A DNA stretch of 64,000 nucleotides from Bacteroidota bacterium (GTDB lineage: Bacteria; Bacteroidota; Bacteroidia; NS11-12g; UBA955). The position numbers were made by a program, and so were the translations under genes. The notes under the pieces were generated by a model. That model was not told the origin of the DNA. It ran no database searches and saw nothing but the letters and a program-made list of their open reading frames with translations. The DNA lies in the NCBI GenBank assembly GCA_024103355.1, contig JAGFIU010000029.1, positions 5,413 to 69,412 on the forward strand, given 5' to 3'. Shown piece after piece: positions 1 to 10,387 of the stretch; position 1 is the first letter of the stretch, and each line of letters starts with the position of its first letter.

Positions 1-556
1 GTTCATCAGCAATTAGTAAATCCGGTTTGTTGAGCATTGCCATTGCAATCATCACTCTTTGTCTTTGTCCGCCTGAGAGTTGATGAGGAAAACTATTATA
101 GGCTCTTTCGCTGAGTCCGGGCATCACATCCTCCAAGATTTGGAGACATTTTATTTTTTTCTGTTCAGAATTGATTTTTTCCAAAATACATTCTGTCATT
201 TGTTTTCCAATCCTCAAAGAAGGATTTAGCGCAGCCAACGGGTCTTGAAAAATATAGGCAATATTGCGTAATGCAAGTTTGCGCAGTTCTTGAGGTTTTA
301 GTGCAAATAAGTCTGAGGAGAAATTGTCTTTGAAATTAAAAAAGGCTTTCCCTTCCACCGTGGCATTGGGGGATAATAATTTCATCAATGAAAGAAAAGT
401 AACTGATTTTCCGGAACCGGATTCTCCAATAATTCCCAATACTTCTCCTCTTTGGATACTCAAATCAATACCCCTAACCGCTTCTATCGTTTTTCCAAAA
501 GGGCTTTTGAAACTTATTTTTAACTTTTGCAGATCAAGCAGAGGTTCGGTAAGCAC
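1..556 (-). CDS. ABC transporter ATP-binding protein (Dpp/Opp D-type), partial; C-terminus lies beyond the window start
   Basis: Minus-strand translation reads ...LLDLQKLKISFKSPFGKTIEAVRGIDLSIQRGEVLGIIGESGSGKSV... (Walker A) and ...QLSGGQRQRVMIAMAMLNKPDLLIADE at the window edge (ABC signature plus Walker B). The probable GTG start is at 554-556. The listed + ORF 324..617 is its antisense. Confidence 0.8.
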   Translation of the reverse strand, partial: MLTEPLLDLQKLKISFKSPFGKTIEAVRGIDLSIQRGEVLGIIGESGSGKSVTFLSLMKLLSPNATVEGKAFFNFKDNFSSDLFALKPQELRKLALRNIAYIFQDPLAALNPSLRIGKQMTECILEKINSEQKKIKCLQILEDVMPGLSERAYNSFPHQLSGGQRQRVMIAMAMLNKPDLLIADE

Positions 557-642
557 AAGCGCAAAGAAAGTACATTTTTGTTGGCAAGATAAAATAAAGA
601 TAGACAGAGATGTATAGAGCGAGCAGATTCTCAAACATTACT

Positions 643-670
643 CAAAAAAAAGTCCCGTTTACACGGGACT
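643..670 (-). terminator. Rho-independent terminator immediately downstream of tRNA-Ser
   Basis: Hairpin agtcccg-tttaca-cgggact (651-670). On the minus strand it is followed by a run of 8 T (the A-run at 643-650). Confidence 0.5.
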
Positions 671-671
671 T

Positions 672-759
<88 letters not shown>

Positions 760-770
760 TTTTGGGTTTG

Positions 771-778
771 CAAAAATA
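771..778 (-). promoter_or_regulatory. Bacteroidota-type -7 box (TAttTTTG) upstream of tRNA-Ser
   Basis: Reverse complement of caaaaata is tatttttg, lying 12 nt upstream of the tRNA 5' end. It matches the TAnnTTTG -7 consensus of Bacteroidota sigma-A promoters. Confidence 0.3.
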
Positions 779-803
779 GCCTATTTTTCAAAATTACAAC
801 ATG

Positions 804-1769
804 CTAAATCATAAACTTGTTCTTTTTTTTCTCTTCTCTCATTTTTTTGATAGAAACCTTGGTAATGCTATGGTTAAGCTCAAATCCAATCAAAATGGAA
901 TACATATTTACATAAATTACAAGCATCAGTGCCATGATTGCACCAATTGAGCCATATACTTTGTTATAAGCATTGAAATGATTGACATAATAAGAGAATA
1001 AATAAGTCATTACCAAAGACAAGATGGTTGCAACAATGCTTCCTGGCGAAAAGAAACTCCATTTTTCGATGCTTGAATGTCCGTAATAGTAAATAAATGA
1101 AATAATGAAGAATACCAAACCAGCTAAAATGAGTATTTCAATTATCCCCAATCCAATATTCAAACTAAATTCATTCACACCCCATTGTGCAATCAAAGAA
1201 GAAACATAAACACTTCCTAATTTTACAAAAATGGCAATAATGAGAAACAATGAGATAACAAAGGTCATGATAATACTTCTGGCTCTCTTTTTGAAAAAAT
1301 TGCGTTTCTTTAGTATATCATCTTCCATTGAAGACTCAAATGCTTTCATCAGGTTGTGAAATCCGTTGCTGGCAAAATAAATAGCAGTAACAAAACCAAT
1401 ACTCAACAACCCTGTTCTTTGGATGCTGAGAATATCCGCAACTGTATCCTGAATAGTTTCATAGGTTGCATGCGGTAAAAAATCCTCCATCATTCCCAAA
1501 ATTTTCCCTTGTAAGTCATCTACAGGAAAATAAGCCACCAAAGTGAAAAGAAATATAATAGAAGGAAACAGAGCCAAGAAGAAGTTGAAAGACAATGCCC
1601 CCGCATAGAGATTGAAACGTTGTTTGCCAATATAACCCAAAAACAATTCAGCAATTTCATAGAGAGAAGCACCCTCAAATCCGGGAGGATAGATGGAGTC
1701 TGCGACTCTGATAACAACAGTCAGAATTCTACTATATATCTTATTTATTAACTTTATAAGCACTGACAT
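804..1769 (-). CDS. YihY/BrkB family inner membrane protein
   Basis: 321 aa with multiple transmembrane segments. [21 protein letters not shown] and the C-terminal hydrophobic layout are typical of the YihY/virulence factor BrkB family. Confidence 0.55.
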   Translation of the reverse strand: MSVLIKLINKIYSRILTVVIRVADSIYPPGFEGASLYEIAELFLGYIGKQRFNLYAGALSFNFFLALFPSIIFLFTLVAYFPVDDLQGKILGMMEDFLPHATYETIQDTVADILSIQRTGLLSIGFVTAIYFASNGFHNLMKAFESSMEDDILKKRNFFKKRARSIIMTFVISLFLIIAIFVKLGSVYVSSLIAQWGVNEFSLNIGLGIIEILILAGLVFFIISFIYYYGHSSIEKWSFFSPGSIVATILSLVMTYLFSYYVNHFNAYNKVYGSIGAIMALMLVIYVNMYSILIGFELNHSITKVSIKKMREEKKKNKFMI

Positions 1770-1773
1770 TTGT

Positions 1774-2562
1774 TTAGAATCTTAACACAAAATGTTCTTT
1801 ATCTTGTTGTTGGCGCAAAAATACAATTCCCATAAAAAACAAATCAATTGTAACCTTCACTCTTTCATGGTTCTTGATAATCTCCCAACATTCCTGCATT
1901 TCTGCACTCCAACGAATATCATCAAAAACAAAAATGGTATCATTGTGAGATTTGGAAAGCAGCAATTCAAAATATTGTAAAGTTGGTTCTTTGCTGTGGT
2001 TTCCGTCAATAAAAGCATAATCTACTCGCGGCAATTGCTCCAATAGAGCCGGCAATGCTTTGTCAAAAACGCCATGAAGTAATTGAATTCTTTCGCCAAA
2101 ACCTATTTTGTTAAAATTAAAAAACGCTACTTCGGCAATTTTCCGGCTTCCTTCAATTGTAAATAGCTTTCCGTTTGTCAATCCTGCAGCCTGATACAAT
2201 GCGCTAATACCAAAATTGGTTCCTAACTCAATTGCTATTTCAGGTTGATAATACCTGCAAATCCGATAGAGCAGTTTTGCATATTTACTATTTTTGGAAG
2301 AACGCGCTACCAATCTGGGCAATGGAGCTTTGTATTTTTTTTTGCCGGATGCGCCAAAATCATCTACTTGTATCAATGCGGACGAACTGAGCATTTTTTG
2401 CCTTATCAGTTCAATATCATAAAAGATTGCATTGTCAATCCTATTGTAGAGTACATTTTCAGCAAAATCATAAACAAAAGGTGAGTGTGTTCCATGCCTG
2501 CTTTTGGCAAAAATCAGATAGCCGATATATTCAGGCAAAAGGATCGCACTCTTTAGAAACAT
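1774..2562 (-). CDS. class I SAM-dependent methyltransferase
   Basis: 262 aa. It carries an IAIELGTNFGISALYQAAG motif I-like segment and an acidic FIDGNH motif. It overlaps the upstream DUF349 gene by 1 nt, so the two are likely co-transcribed. Confidence 0.45.
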   Translation of the reverse strand: MFLKSAILLPEYIGYLIFAKSRHGTHSPFVYDFAENVLYNRIDNAIFYDIELIRQKMLSSSALIQVDDFGASGKKKYKAPLPRLVARSSKNSKYAKLLYRICRYYQPEIAIELGTNFGISALYQAAGLTNGKLFTIEGSRKIAEVAFFNFNKIGFGERIQLLHGVFDKALPALLEQLPRVDYAFIDGNHSKEPTLQYFELLLSKSHNDTIFVFDDIRWSAEMQECWEIIKNHERVKVTIDLFFMGIVFLRQQQDKEHFVLRF

Positions 2563-4496
2563 TATTTTTTCATTACTGAACGAAGCATTTTAAGTTCTGC
2601 CTCTAATTGTTTGATTTGTTCTTTTGTTTTAGATATTTTCCCTTCAAACTGTTTTTTGAGTGTGTCTGCACTTTTTGAATTTGCAAAAAAACCAAGGTTA
2701 TTCTCAAAAGTTTTTATTTCTTCGGAAAGCGTTCTGATTCTTCCGGTTATTTTCCTCTCTTCATCTTTAAGTGCACCAAAACTATTGGGTTTTTGTGCCA
2801 GCATTTCATAATGCTCCTTCAGTCTGCCTTGTTTAAACTCATCACCTGAAAGTTTGTACTTTTTCAAGATTGAATCGGTCAAATTTTCATATTTTTTATT
2901 GATATCCTGAAACTTAGCTTTTGGAACAAAACCAATCTTTGACCAGTCTTTTTGAACGTTTCTGAGTTGGTCTAAAATCTTGTTTTGATCGGTTTCTTCA
3001 CTATCCAAGATATTTTGAAGTTGACCAAGTAAGGCTTCTTTTGATTTTAGGTTTTCCTTTTCTTCCTCTTTCATTGCAGTTCTATGAATATCTCTTCGTT
3101 TAAAGAAAGCATCACAAGCGGCTCTGAAGCGATTCCAAATTTCATCAGCATACTTGTTGGGAACAGGGCCAATGGTTTTCCATTCTTCCTGCAACTTAAT
3201 CAACTCAATACCGGTTCTTTCATAATCATTGCTATCGCTAATCTTCTCGGCATTTTCACATAATTTGAGTTTAAGTTGATAGTTTTTTTCTCTATCCTGA
3301 TTGATTTCAGAAAAGAAGTCTTTTCTGTTTTTATAAAAAGTGTTTTGAGCTTCTCTAAATCTTTTCCAAATCTGGTCACTTACATATTCCGGAACCGGAC
3401 CTATTTTTTTCCATTCCTCAAATAGTGCTTCTATTTCAGCGGTTTTATTATTCCATTCCTTAGAGTTTTTATATTCAACAGCTACAATCTGCTCCGCTTT
3501 TTCACAAATAATTGTTTTAAGGTCAAGGTTCTGTTTTCTTTTTTCTTTTTGTTCTTCGATAAATGCTTTATTCCTTTCAATCAATTTGTCAGAAGCAGCT
3601 TTGAATCGCTGCCAAATATCTTCGGAAAATTCTTTTGGTACAGGTCCGATGGTTTTAAACTCTTCATGGAGTTTATTCAATAAGATATGCGAATGTTTAA
3701 CAGAAGATTTTTCTTCATATAGTTCTCCTGCTTTTTTGATAAGTTCAATTTTAGCTTCCAGATTTTTTTGGCGGTCTAATTCTTTAAGTTCGTGATAAAT
3801 ACTTAAATTATCATAAAATTTATCTAACAAGAAACGGTATTTCTCCCAGAGTTCATCCATGTTTTCGCGGGGTACTCTGCGAATTTGTCTCCATTCCTGT
3901 TGAAGCTTTTTTAACTCATTCAAGCTATTTTCAGTTTCTTCAGATTCAGTGATTACACGAATTTTATCTAAGATCTCATTTTTGAGTTTCAGATTTACTA
4001 ATTTTTCTTCTTCTGCTCTTGCTTTTTCTTCAGCTCTTCTTTCAAGAAACTGTGTGTAGGCTTGATAAAACTCATTTTTGAATTCGTCAACCGGCACTCT
4101 GAAATCTTTAGGCTCATTGCCTTCCGATACAAATTTTTTAAGCAATTGTTCTCTTTCCTTCTTGATTATATCATCAAAGAGTAATCTCATTTTCTTGTAA
4201 GATTCATGAGCTTCCTTGATGCTAGGCGAGAAGACCAATTCCTTTGCTTTCTTCACAAAATCCTCCTTACTAAAACCTGAATAATCAGTTCTGTCAGCTA
4301 CGGTTTCAGCTTCTTCAAAATCGCTTTCTTCTTCGTGTTCGTTTCCGGCACTTTCAAGCGCATCAATTTTTTCTACCTCATCCACCTCATTAAGGTCAAT
4401 TTTTGTCTTTTTTTCGGTCATATTTGTACCTGAGTAATTTCGTAAAGGGGTGCAAAGATAGAAAATTCCTCTATCTTTGACAGCCTCAAAATTCAT
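2562..4496 (-). CDS. DUF349 repeat protein
   Basis: 644 aa, highly charged. It has 5-6 tandem ~70-aa units of the form EEWKxIGPVPxxxxDEIWxRFRxAxDxFF. This is the DUF349 repeat common in Bacteroidota. Confidence 0.7.
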   Translation of the reverse strand: MNFEAVKDRGIFYLCTPLRNYSGTNMTEKKTKIDLNEVDEVEKIDALESAGNEHEEESDFEEAETVADRTDYSGFSKEDFVKKAKELVFSPSIKEAHESYKKMRLLFDDIIKKEREQLLKKFVSEGNEPKDFRVPVDEFKNEFYQAYTQFLERRAEEKARAEEEKLVNLKLKNEILDKIRVITESEETENSLNELKKLQQEWRQIRRVPRENMDELWEKYRFLLDKFYDNLSIYHELKELDRQKNLEAKIELIKKAGELYEEKSSVKHSHILLNKLHEEFKTIGPVPKEFSEDIWQRFKAASDKLIERNKAFIEEQKEKRKQNLDLKTIICEKAEQIVAVEYKNSKEWNNKTAEIEALFEEWKKIGPVPEYVSDQIWKRFREAQNTFYKNRKDFFSEINQDREKNYQLKLKLCENAEKISDSNDYERTGIELIKLQEEWKTIGPVPNKYADEIWNRFRAACDAFFKRRDIHRTAMKEEEKENLKSKEALLGQLQNILDSEETDQNKILDQLRNVQKDWSKIGFVPKAKFQDINKKYENLTDSILKKYKLSGDEFKQGRLKEHYEMLAQKPNSFGALKDEERKITGRIRTLSEEIKTFENNLGFFANSKSADTLKKQFEGKISKTKEQIKQLEAELKMLRSVMKK

Positions 4497-4497
4497 T

Positions 4498-5346
4498 ATG
4501 GCAGTAAAGATAATTGAATGTCCACGCGATGCGATGCAAGGCTTTCATAATCATATACCAACACAAGTAAAAATTGATTATATTAACTCACTGTTGGATT
4601 GTAATTTTGACGTGCTTGATTGCGGAAGTTTTGTTTCACCCCAAGCGATTCCTCAACTTGCCGACACCAAAGAAGTGCTCCAAAATATTCAAGACAAAGG
4701 CAAAACCAAATTGTTGGTTATTATTGCCAATCTTCGCGGAGCGCAGGATGCCTGCAAAATTGAAAAAATAGATTATCTGGGTTATCCTTTTTCTGTTTCA
4801 GATATTTTTCAAAAAAGAAATACAAACAAAGGAAGAAAGGAGTCATTTGAAGTGCTGAAACAAATTCAATCTTTAGCAAACCATTCCGGCAAAGAGGTTG
4901 TTGTATATATATCAATGGGATTTGGAAATCCTTATGGTGAATTTTGGTCTATTGAATTAGTAGAAGAATGGGTTAGCCGAGTAATATCATTAGGTATTCG
5001 CTGTATTTCTTTGAGTGATACTATTGCAACAGCTAGTCCGAAAGATATATTTGAGTTATTCTCTTATTTGATACCCAAATTCTCTAACATCGAATTTGGT
5101 GCACACTTGCACACAAAGCCAAACAACTGGAAAGAAAATGTGGAAGCTGCATACAAAGCAGGATGCAGAAGGTTTGACGGTGCTATCAAAGGATTTGGCG
5201 GTTGTCCTTTTGCAGAGGAGGAATTAACCGGTAATCTGCCAACTGAAAATTTGATTTATTACCTCGAATCTATAGGAGAAACACATTCAATCAATCAAGA
5301 GAAATTTGCTATTGCTCTTAATCGTGCAACCAAAGTCTTCATGTGA
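4498..5346 (+). CDS. hydroxymethylglutaryl-CoA lyase (HMGL-like TIM barrel)
   Basis: MAVKIIECPRDAMQGFHNHIPTQVKIDYINSLLDCNFDVLDCGSFVSPQAIPQLADT matches the HMG-CoA lyase N-terminus. I chose the ATG at 4498, so the gene abuts the start of the divergent DUF349 gene rather than overlapping it. Confidence 0.7.
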   Translation: MAVKIIECPRDAMQGFHNHIPTQVKIDYINSLLDCNFDVLDCGSFVSPQAIPQLADTKEVLQNIQDKGKTKLLVIIANLRGAQDACKIEKIDYLGYPFSVSDIFQKRNTNKGRKESFEVLKQIQSLANHSGKEVVVYISMGFGNPYGEFWSIELVEEWVSRVISLGIRCISLSDTIATASPKDIFELFSYLIPKFSNIEFGAHLHTKPNNWKENVEAAYKAGCRRFDGAIKGFGGCPFAEEELTGNLPTENLIYYLESIGETHSINQEKFAIALNRATKVFM

Positions 5347-5554
5347 GGTTGTTTTTTTTAAAATCTATGAAATAAGTACCGGTTTCCACTTTTTGAAAAC
5401 ACAGTACCTCCACAATTTTAAAAAATTATTACTCTATAAAATTAATCCGGAAGTTAAATTATCAGTAGAAAGCGTTTTATTATTTTCTAAATGGTGTAAT
5501 TCAAAATAGATATTTTCTCAGTAAACATCCGTTTTGAAACCTTATTTTCTTGTG

Positions 5555-5628
5555 TGGAGCATATCGGATTCGAACCGATGACCTCTTCCATGCCATGGAA
5601 GCGCTCTAGCCAGCTGAGCTAATGCCCC
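5555..5628 (-). tRNA. tRNA-Ala (anticodon GGC)
   Basis: Reverse complement is GGGGCATTAGCTCAGCTGGCTAGAGCGCTTCCATGGCATGGAAGAGGTCATCGGTTCGAATCCGATATGCTCCA. It has a G3:U70 pair in the acceptor stem, anticodon loop ATGGCAT, T-loop TTCGAAT, and no encoded CCA. Confidence 0.85.
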
Positions 5629-5678
5629 AAATTTTGAGGGCACAATATTAATGGTTTATTATCAAACTTTAGTAAACA

Positions 5679-8153
5679 TTATAGTGATGCAACAATTCTC
5701 AAACTTACCCTTCTGGAAGTGAGAAATTCAGGTACGCCAAAGACATTGTTATTAATATCTTTAACCCAAAGATAAGAAATCACATTATTGATTCCCAACA
5801 TATTAAACACTTCTAACCCAACCCACAGTGAATTAAATGTTTTGGATAGTTTTTTTGTTTTATCGCCTTCTTTGAGAAAAACATAATTAAATCCTGCATC
5901 AAGTCTTCTGTAAGCAGGGATTTTGTTTCCCTCGTGATATCGTGCTTGACCCGGCAAGAAATAAGGAGTGGGTGCACCGAACACCATATTCAGATTGACC
6001 CTGCAATCAGGGAGGATTGGCAGTTCATCTTGAAAAAACAAGGAAGCACTAACCCTTCTGTCTGTCGGTCTGCGCAAAAAAGGAGTTTCTTTTTCAACTC
6101 CATCTTCTATATAGCGGATTTGTTCACTTGTTTTAAGAAAAGAGAATGTGAACCAACTTTCAAGTCCGGGAATAAATTGTCCGTTGATTCTGGTATCAAT
6201 ACCGGTAGCATAGCCATGCGAAGTGTTATCAGCATAGTATCGGATTCGCATATTATCTACTACAAAAGGTACGAGATAATCAAGGTCTTTGTAATAAACC
6301 TCAGTAAAAAGTTTGAAAGGTCGTTTCCACATCTTGAAATAATAATCTGCTCCGGTGATAAAATGAATGGAGCGTTGTGCTTTGAGAGAAGTATTGATTC
6401 TTCCATCAAAGTCCCGCATTTCGCGGTAGAAAGGCGGTTGATAGTAATATCCGGTTGCAGCTCTGAGAACATAATCCCTTTTCATCAGACTGTCATTTGT
6501 CACTGTCCTGTTAAAACGCCTATTAGGCTCTATTGAATATTGCAATCGAGGGCTTATCACATTTTGGTTATTAATCGAACTATAATGTGAACGTACACCG
6601 AAGGTTATTTGCTGAGCATTTTCGGGATTTATTGTCCATGTGAGTTGTCCAAAACCTTGGATTCGAGCATTTGTTATAGTGATTTTAGAATTGATATAAT
6701 CCGATACAAAAATAGAATCAAAAGAAAGATGATTGGGATTGATATTGTATTCGGAAGAATCGCTGTAATGCCATTCTTTGAAAGCATCTTCTATAATATC
6801 TTTCCTATAACCTAATCCCCATCGAACTTCAATATTTTTTCTGATGGGTTTATAAACTCCTTTGTGGTCAAAAGATAATATCTGATAGTAGAGTTGATTT
6901 CTTGCATGATTTATAAAATAACCATTCCCAAGGGTTGCAATTACATTTCCAAAATCATCTGAACCCATATTATTTTCAACCAAGTTCAACTCATAAGCAC
7001 CAAAAATATCATATTTTTCCGACTCAATTGAACTCACCCCGGAAGTCATAAATTTCAAGGTTAATTCCTTTGAAGGTTCGAAAACCAAAGAAAGCCCCGA
7101 CATCGCGCTGTTGTATTCCATCACTTCATTTCCTGCCATTACTACAAAGAGTTTTAATGCTGTTTGAATAGTTCCGAAGGAAGTAGTTTGAGAAACCGGA
7201 ATGAGTTGATATTTATTTTGTGAAATATTTGAAAGCCATTCCAGTCTCCAGTTTCGGTTTAAATTATAAACCAAAAGTGATTGAAAATCCAAAAAACGTG
7301 GATTGTATTGCCCTTTTACGTCAAGAGAATTGAGTATGTAATTATTGGCGAGGTATCTCAATCCTGCTATATATGAAAATCTTTTATTCTTACTGATTCC
7401 ACCCATATTTAACTCTGCACCCATAAAGCTTATTTCTCCGGTTGCTTCAAACTTTCCGGGTGTTCTATACTCAACATCCAACACAGAAGACATTTTATCA
7501 CCATATTTAGACTCAAAACCTCCGGCAGAGAAACTGATATTATTAACCATAAAAGGATTGATAAAGCTCAAGCCTTCTTGCTGTCCTGTTCGAACTAACT
7601 GAGGTCTGAAAACTTCAAAATCATTTACATAAACAAGGTTTTCATCATAGCTTCCACCTCTGACATTATATTGCGAACTCAGTTCATTTCCTGAGGCAAC
7701 ACCCGGTAGCGTTTTGACAATACTTTCGACACCGGAACCCACTCCGGGTATTTGTGTTGCAATTTTAGGATTGAGTTTAATGATATTTCCCGATGGTCGT
7801 TTGCTTTCTTTGATATCAACTCCATCAAGCACTTTGGCAGGAAGTATGATTTCAACCTTTTTCTTTTTCCCTTTTTCTAAAGGTTCTATGTTTAGCTTTG
7901 AATGAATACCTACATAAGTAAATATCAATTGAACTTGTGTATTTGCAGGGATTTCTATCTCAAACCATCCTGATTTATTGGAAAGTACACCCGTAAAAAC
8001 TCCATTTACTAAAATCTGTACATCTGCAATCGGTTTTGGAGGCTTGTCATCTGAAATAATCACACCATACACAATGGCATTTTGCGACTCTTGTCCTTTC
8101 AAGTTCATAACACTGAACAATGAAATAATAATGATTGACAAGATTCTTTGCAC
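5679..8153 (-). CDS. TonB-dependent receptor-like outer membrane protein with N-terminal carboxypeptidase-regulatory-like domain
   Basis: 824 aa with a signal peptide. It has a CarbopepD_reg-like beta-sandwich (VYGVIISDD...VQILVNGVFTGVLSNKSGWFEIEIP) and a plug-like motif YNVRGGSYDENLVYVNDFEV, followed by a long beta-rich C-terminus. Confidence 0.55.
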   Translation of the reverse strand: MQRILSIIIISLFSVMNLKGQESQNAIVYGVIISDDKPPKPIADVQILVNGVFTGVLSNKSGWFEIEIPANTQVQLIFTYVGIHSKLNIEPLEKGKKKKVEIILPAKVLDGVDIKESKRPSGNIIKLNPKIATQIPGVGSGVESIVKTLPGVASGNELSSQYNVRGGSYDENLVYVNDFEVFRPQLVRTGQQEGLSFINPFMVNNISFSAGGFESKYGDKMSSVLDVEYRTPGKFEATGEISFMGAELNMGGISKNKRFSYIAGLRYLANNYILNSLDVKGQYNPRFLDFQSLLVYNLNRNWRLEWLSNISQNKYQLIPVSQTTSFGTIQTALKLFVVMAGNEVMEYNSAMSGLSLVFEPSKELTLKFMTSGVSSIESEKYDIFGAYELNLVENNMGSDDFGNVIATLGNGYFINHARNQLYYQILSFDHKGVYKPIRKNIEVRWGLGYRKDIIEDAFKEWHYSDSSEYNINPNHLSFDSIFVSDYINSKITITNARIQGFGQLTWTINPENAQQITFGVRSHYSSINNQNVISPRLQYSIEPNRRFNRTVTNDSLMKRDYVLRAATGYYYQPPFYREMRDFDGRINTSLKAQRSIHFITGADYYFKMWKRPFKLFTEVYYKDLDYLVPFVVDNMRIRYYADNTSHGYATGIDTRINGQFIPGLESWFTFSFLKTSEQIRYIEDGVEKETPFLRRPTDRRVSASLFFQDELPILPDCRVNLNMVFGAPTPYFLPGQARYHEGNKIPAYRRLDAGFNYVFLKEGDKTKKLSKTFNSLWVGLEVFNMLGINNVISYLWVKDINNNVFGVPEFLTSRRVSLRIVASL

Positions 8154-8188
8154 AACAGAGTTTTTAACGGAGTTTAAGCAATATTATT

Positions 8189-8839
8189 TTAAAAATTTTT
8201 GAGAGCCTCAATTGCTTCCATAGGATTTGCAGCAGAGAAAACTGTATTTCCTGCAACGAGGGCATTGGCACCTGCCTCTATCAATGATTTTGCATTTGAT
8301 AATGTAACTCCACCGTCAATTTCAATATAGGGTTGTAGGTTTTGTGAATCTGCCATCGCCTTGAGTTCTTTGATTTTGGAGTAAGTATTTTCAATAAACT
8401 TTTGTCCGCCAAAACCGGGGTTTACGCTCATCATACAAACCAAATCTGTTATGTATAAAATATCTTTAAGAAAGCTGATTGGAGTATGCGGGTTAATCGC
8501 AACACCTGCTTTCATCCCTGCTTCCTTTATGGCCGCAAGAGTGCGATGCAAATGAGTGCAAGCTTCATAATGCACGGTAAGGATATTAGCACCTGCCTTT
8601 GCAAAATCTTCGATATACCGTTCCGGTTGAACAATCATCAAGTGTACATCCAACGGCTTTTTAGCAACTTTTTTCAGGGATTTCATCACCGGAAATCCAA
8701 AAGAAATATTGGGAACAAAAACACCATCCATCACATCCACATGAAACCAATCTGCCCGGCTTTGGTTTATCATTTCAAATGCTTCATTTAATTTGCCGAA
8801 ATCGGCTGAAAGAATGGAAGGGGCTACTATGTGGCTCAT
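8189..8839 (-). CDS. rpe: ribulose-phosphate 3-epimerase
   Basis: MSHIVAPSILSADFGKLNEAFEMINQSRADWFHVDVMDGVFVPNISFG... with a full-length match to the Rpe TIM barrel. Confidence 0.9.
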   Translation of the reverse strand: MSHIVAPSILSADFGKLNEAFEMINQSRADWFHVDVMDGVFVPNISFGFPVMKSLKKVAKKPLDVHLMIVQPERYIEDFAKAGANILTVHYEACTHLHRTLAAIKEAGMKAGVAINPHTPISFLKDILYITDLVCMMSVNPGFGGQKFIENTYSKIKELKAMADSQNLQPYIEIDGGVTLSNAKSLIEAGANALVAGNTVFSAANPMEAIEALKNF

Positions 8840-8859
8840 GGGGTCAAAATTAGATTTTT

Positions 8860-9162
8860 TTAATTGATAACGATTTCTTCAACTACATTGGATTTAAAAT
8901 ATTCGTTGATGGTTTTTATCAGATTAGATTTCATGTAATTAAGCTCTTGTCTAAGCATTGAGTTAGACACTTTGACATAAAGAGTTTTGTTTCTCATATA
9001 AAGGTCTGTAGTATATTTAGCAATCACAGCACCTGCAATTTTTTCCCAATAAGTTCTGATTTTGCTCAAATCCACCTTGTCTTTTATATGGTAGGAATCA
9101 AACATCTTGTCTAATGCTTCTTCTATTGAATACTCACCTTTATGTAGTCTATAATCTTTCAT
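8860..9162 (-). CDS. DUF721 (DciA-like) protein downstream of recF
   Basis: About 100 aa beginning MKDYRLHKGEYSIEEALDK, with a C-terminal ...LYVKVSNSMLRQELNYMKSNLIKTINEYF typical of DUF721. The longer ORF reaching 9249 adds an implausible N-terminus. Confidence 0.5.
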   Translation of the reverse strand: MKDYRLHKGEYSIEEALDKMFDSYHIKDKVDLSKIRTYWEKIAGAVIAKYTTDLYMRNKTLYVKVSNSMLRQELNYMKSNLIKTINEYFKSNVVEEIVIN

Positions 9163-9302
9163 CCGGTAGAGCGACAAAGTTATTGAAAATACTGAATTGA
9201 GTACATTTCGATCAGCGAAGAAATTATACCAATACAAAAGGCATTTCAATTTGAAAATGCTTTGTTTGAAACTTTGTCAAATAAAACAATGTAATTATCA
9301 TT

Positions 9303-10379
9303 TCACATATCCCAAAAAAAATGAGGACCTTCAAATTGGGTAATGTTTTGTTGAACTCTTTCTTTGTGTGTGTCAGTCACAAAAACTTGTTCCGGACTAA
9401 GTTCATGAATAATCTGCATAAGAGATTCGGAGCGTTTGGCATCAATTTTCTCATAAATATCATCTAATAATAATATAGGTACTATCCCTTTTTTATCTCT
9501 CATCCATTCAAACAAAGCGAGTTGAAGCGCAATCACAAAAGATTTAGTTTGTCCCTGAGAACCAAATTTTTTGACATGGTGTTTGTGAATTAAAAAGTCT
9601 AAATCATCCTGATGACATCCCTTGGTAGTTCTTTCTAAAATAATATCTTTTTGCAACTGCATTGAAAGCCAATCTTCCATTGAATGTTCTTCTAATTGTG
9701 AACGATATACTATTTCAGCAAATTCTTTGTCACCCGAAAGTTTTTGATAGATAGGGTTAAACAAAAGCGAAATTTCTTCGATTAGTTTTTTTCGGAAATC
9801 AAACAATACGGGAGCTGTTTCGATTAAGACAACATTAAAAGCATCCAGCAATTCAGTATCCTGACTCCCTTTTTTAGCAAACATCTTGAGCTGCTTATTT
9901 CGACTTTCTAGGGCTTTTTTATATTTATCCAAAGCGGTCAAATATTCAGGATAAACCTTGCACAAAGCCACATCCATAAATTTTCTTCTTTCCTCACCTC
10001 CATCCAAAACCAATGCAATATCAAAAGGTGTAATCATGACCACCGGAACTGTTCCAAGATATTGAGAGAGTTTTCTCACCGGAACATCATTCAGTAAGAG
10101 TTGTTTTCTTTTTCCTACTTCAAGTCTGCAAGAAACTTCAACAGGAATTTCAGATTCAAATTCTGCTTTCAGGCTAAATCCGGGACTTCCGTGTCTGACA
10201 AGCTGTTGGTCTATATTGTTAAAATAGCTTCTGCTGTTTGCCAAATACCAGATTGCGTCCAATACATTGGTTTTGCCAACTCCGTTGGGGCCGGTGATAC
10301 ACACCCAACCTTTGGGTAGGCTATGTTCCAGTTTTGTATGGTTTTTAAAATTGGATATCCTTATTTTTCTAAGCCACAT
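9303..10379 (-). CDS. recF: DNA replication and repair protein RecF
   Basis: MWLRKIRISNFKNHTKLEHSLPKGWVCITGPNGVGKTNVLDAIWYLANSRS matches the RecF N-terminus, including its Walker A. It also carries an ABC-like signature and Walker B (LLLDDI) in the C-terminal half. Confidence 0.9.
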   Translation of the reverse strand: MWLRKIRISNFKNHTKLEHSLPKGWVCITGPNGVGKTNVLDAIWYLANSRSYFNNIDQQLVRHGSPGFSLKAEFESEIPVEVSCRLEVGKRKQLLLNDVPVRKLSQYLGTVPVVMITPFDIALVLDGGEERRKFMDVALCKVYPEYLTALDKYKKALESRNKQLKMFAKKGSQDTELLDAFNVVLIETAPVLFDFRKKLIEEISLLFNPIYQKLSGDKEFAEIVYRSQLEEHSMEDWLSMQLQKDIILERTTKGCHQDDLDFLIHKHHVKKFGSQGQTKSFVIALQLALFEWMRDKKGIVPILLLDDIYEKIDAKRSESLMQIIHELSPEQVFVTDTHKERVQQNITQFEGPHFFWDM

Positions 10380-10387
10380 AGAACGGG

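Noticed and set aside
324-617. 97-aa + strand ORF at the left edge
   Set aside because: It is the antisense of the ABC ATPase Walker A / signature region. The minus-strand frame carries unmistakable GESGSGKS and LSGGQ motifs, so this ORF is a shadow.
5306-5509. 67-aa ORF in the intergenic region between the HMG-CoA lyase gene and tRNA-Ala
   Set aside because: Low-complexity Leu/Lys-rich translation of AT-rich spacer. It lacks the -7 promoter box seen upstream of credible genes here.
5934-6536. 200-aa + strand ORF inside the TonB-dependent receptor gene
   Set aside because: Antisense to a well-supported 824-aa coding sequence. It has no motifs and a composition typical of a shadow ORF in AT-rich DNA.
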